This document shows positions 45,514 to 45,514 of a DNA stretch of 45,514 bases, piece by piece. The translations under genes were made by a program, and so were the position numbers. The notes under the pieces were generated by a model. That model searched no databases. It saw only the letters and a program-made list of their open reading frames with translations, and was not told where the DNA came from. Within the stretch, counting starts at the first letter, position 1. Every line of letters begins with the position of its first letter. The stretch comes from Chlamydiales bacterium. Lineage in GTDB: Bacteria > Chlamydiota > Chlamydiia > Chlamydiales > JACRBE01. The stretch is from contig JACRBE010000048.1 in NCBI GenBank assembly GCA_016213235.1, positions 1 to 45,514 on the forward strand, written 5' to 3'.

Positions 45514-45514
45514 A

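Noticed and set aside
1..45514. CRISPR arrays, transposases, integrases, prophage or retroelement genes
   Set aside because: No regularly spaced repeats or recognisable mobile-element proteins seen by eye

Overview
AT-rich chromosomal segment of an environmental (non-Chlamydiaceae) member of the phylum Chlamydiae. The assignment rests on a chlamydial-type 16S 3' end, chlamydial gene order (lptG-lptF / tilS-ftsH, phnP-hflX, miaB-rplM-rpsI), a long-N-terminus FtsH, a DUF648-like protein and a chlamydial-type TGT; citrate synthase, absent from Chlamydiaceae, is present. The window opens with the 16S rRNA 3' end, tRNA-Ala(TGC), tRNA-Ile(GAT) and a terminator, with no 23S gene following. Housekeeping genes (tgt, yhhQ, mdh, gltA, hflX, mtaB, ligA, miaB, rplM, rpsI, M32 carboxypeptidase, lpxT-like, lptFG, tilS, ftsH) are interspersed with effector-like orphans: an atypical Ser/Thr kinase, an EarP-like GT-B protein, a duplicated GNAT-like family and Inc/DUF648-like proteins. 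There are two glycan modules: a signal-peptide-bearing sulfotransferase plus NodZ-like fucosyltransferase pair, and an Hpt / receiver / HEAT / processive GT2 island at the right end. Two intergenic regions look like unannotated structured RNAs. One is a ~250-nt multi-domain RNA behind a sigma-54 promoter with a palindromic upstream site (30419-30771). The other is a ~165-nt 6S-like rod behind a sigma-66-type promoter (2490-2698). All family calls come from motif recognition by eye; no database search or folding program was run.
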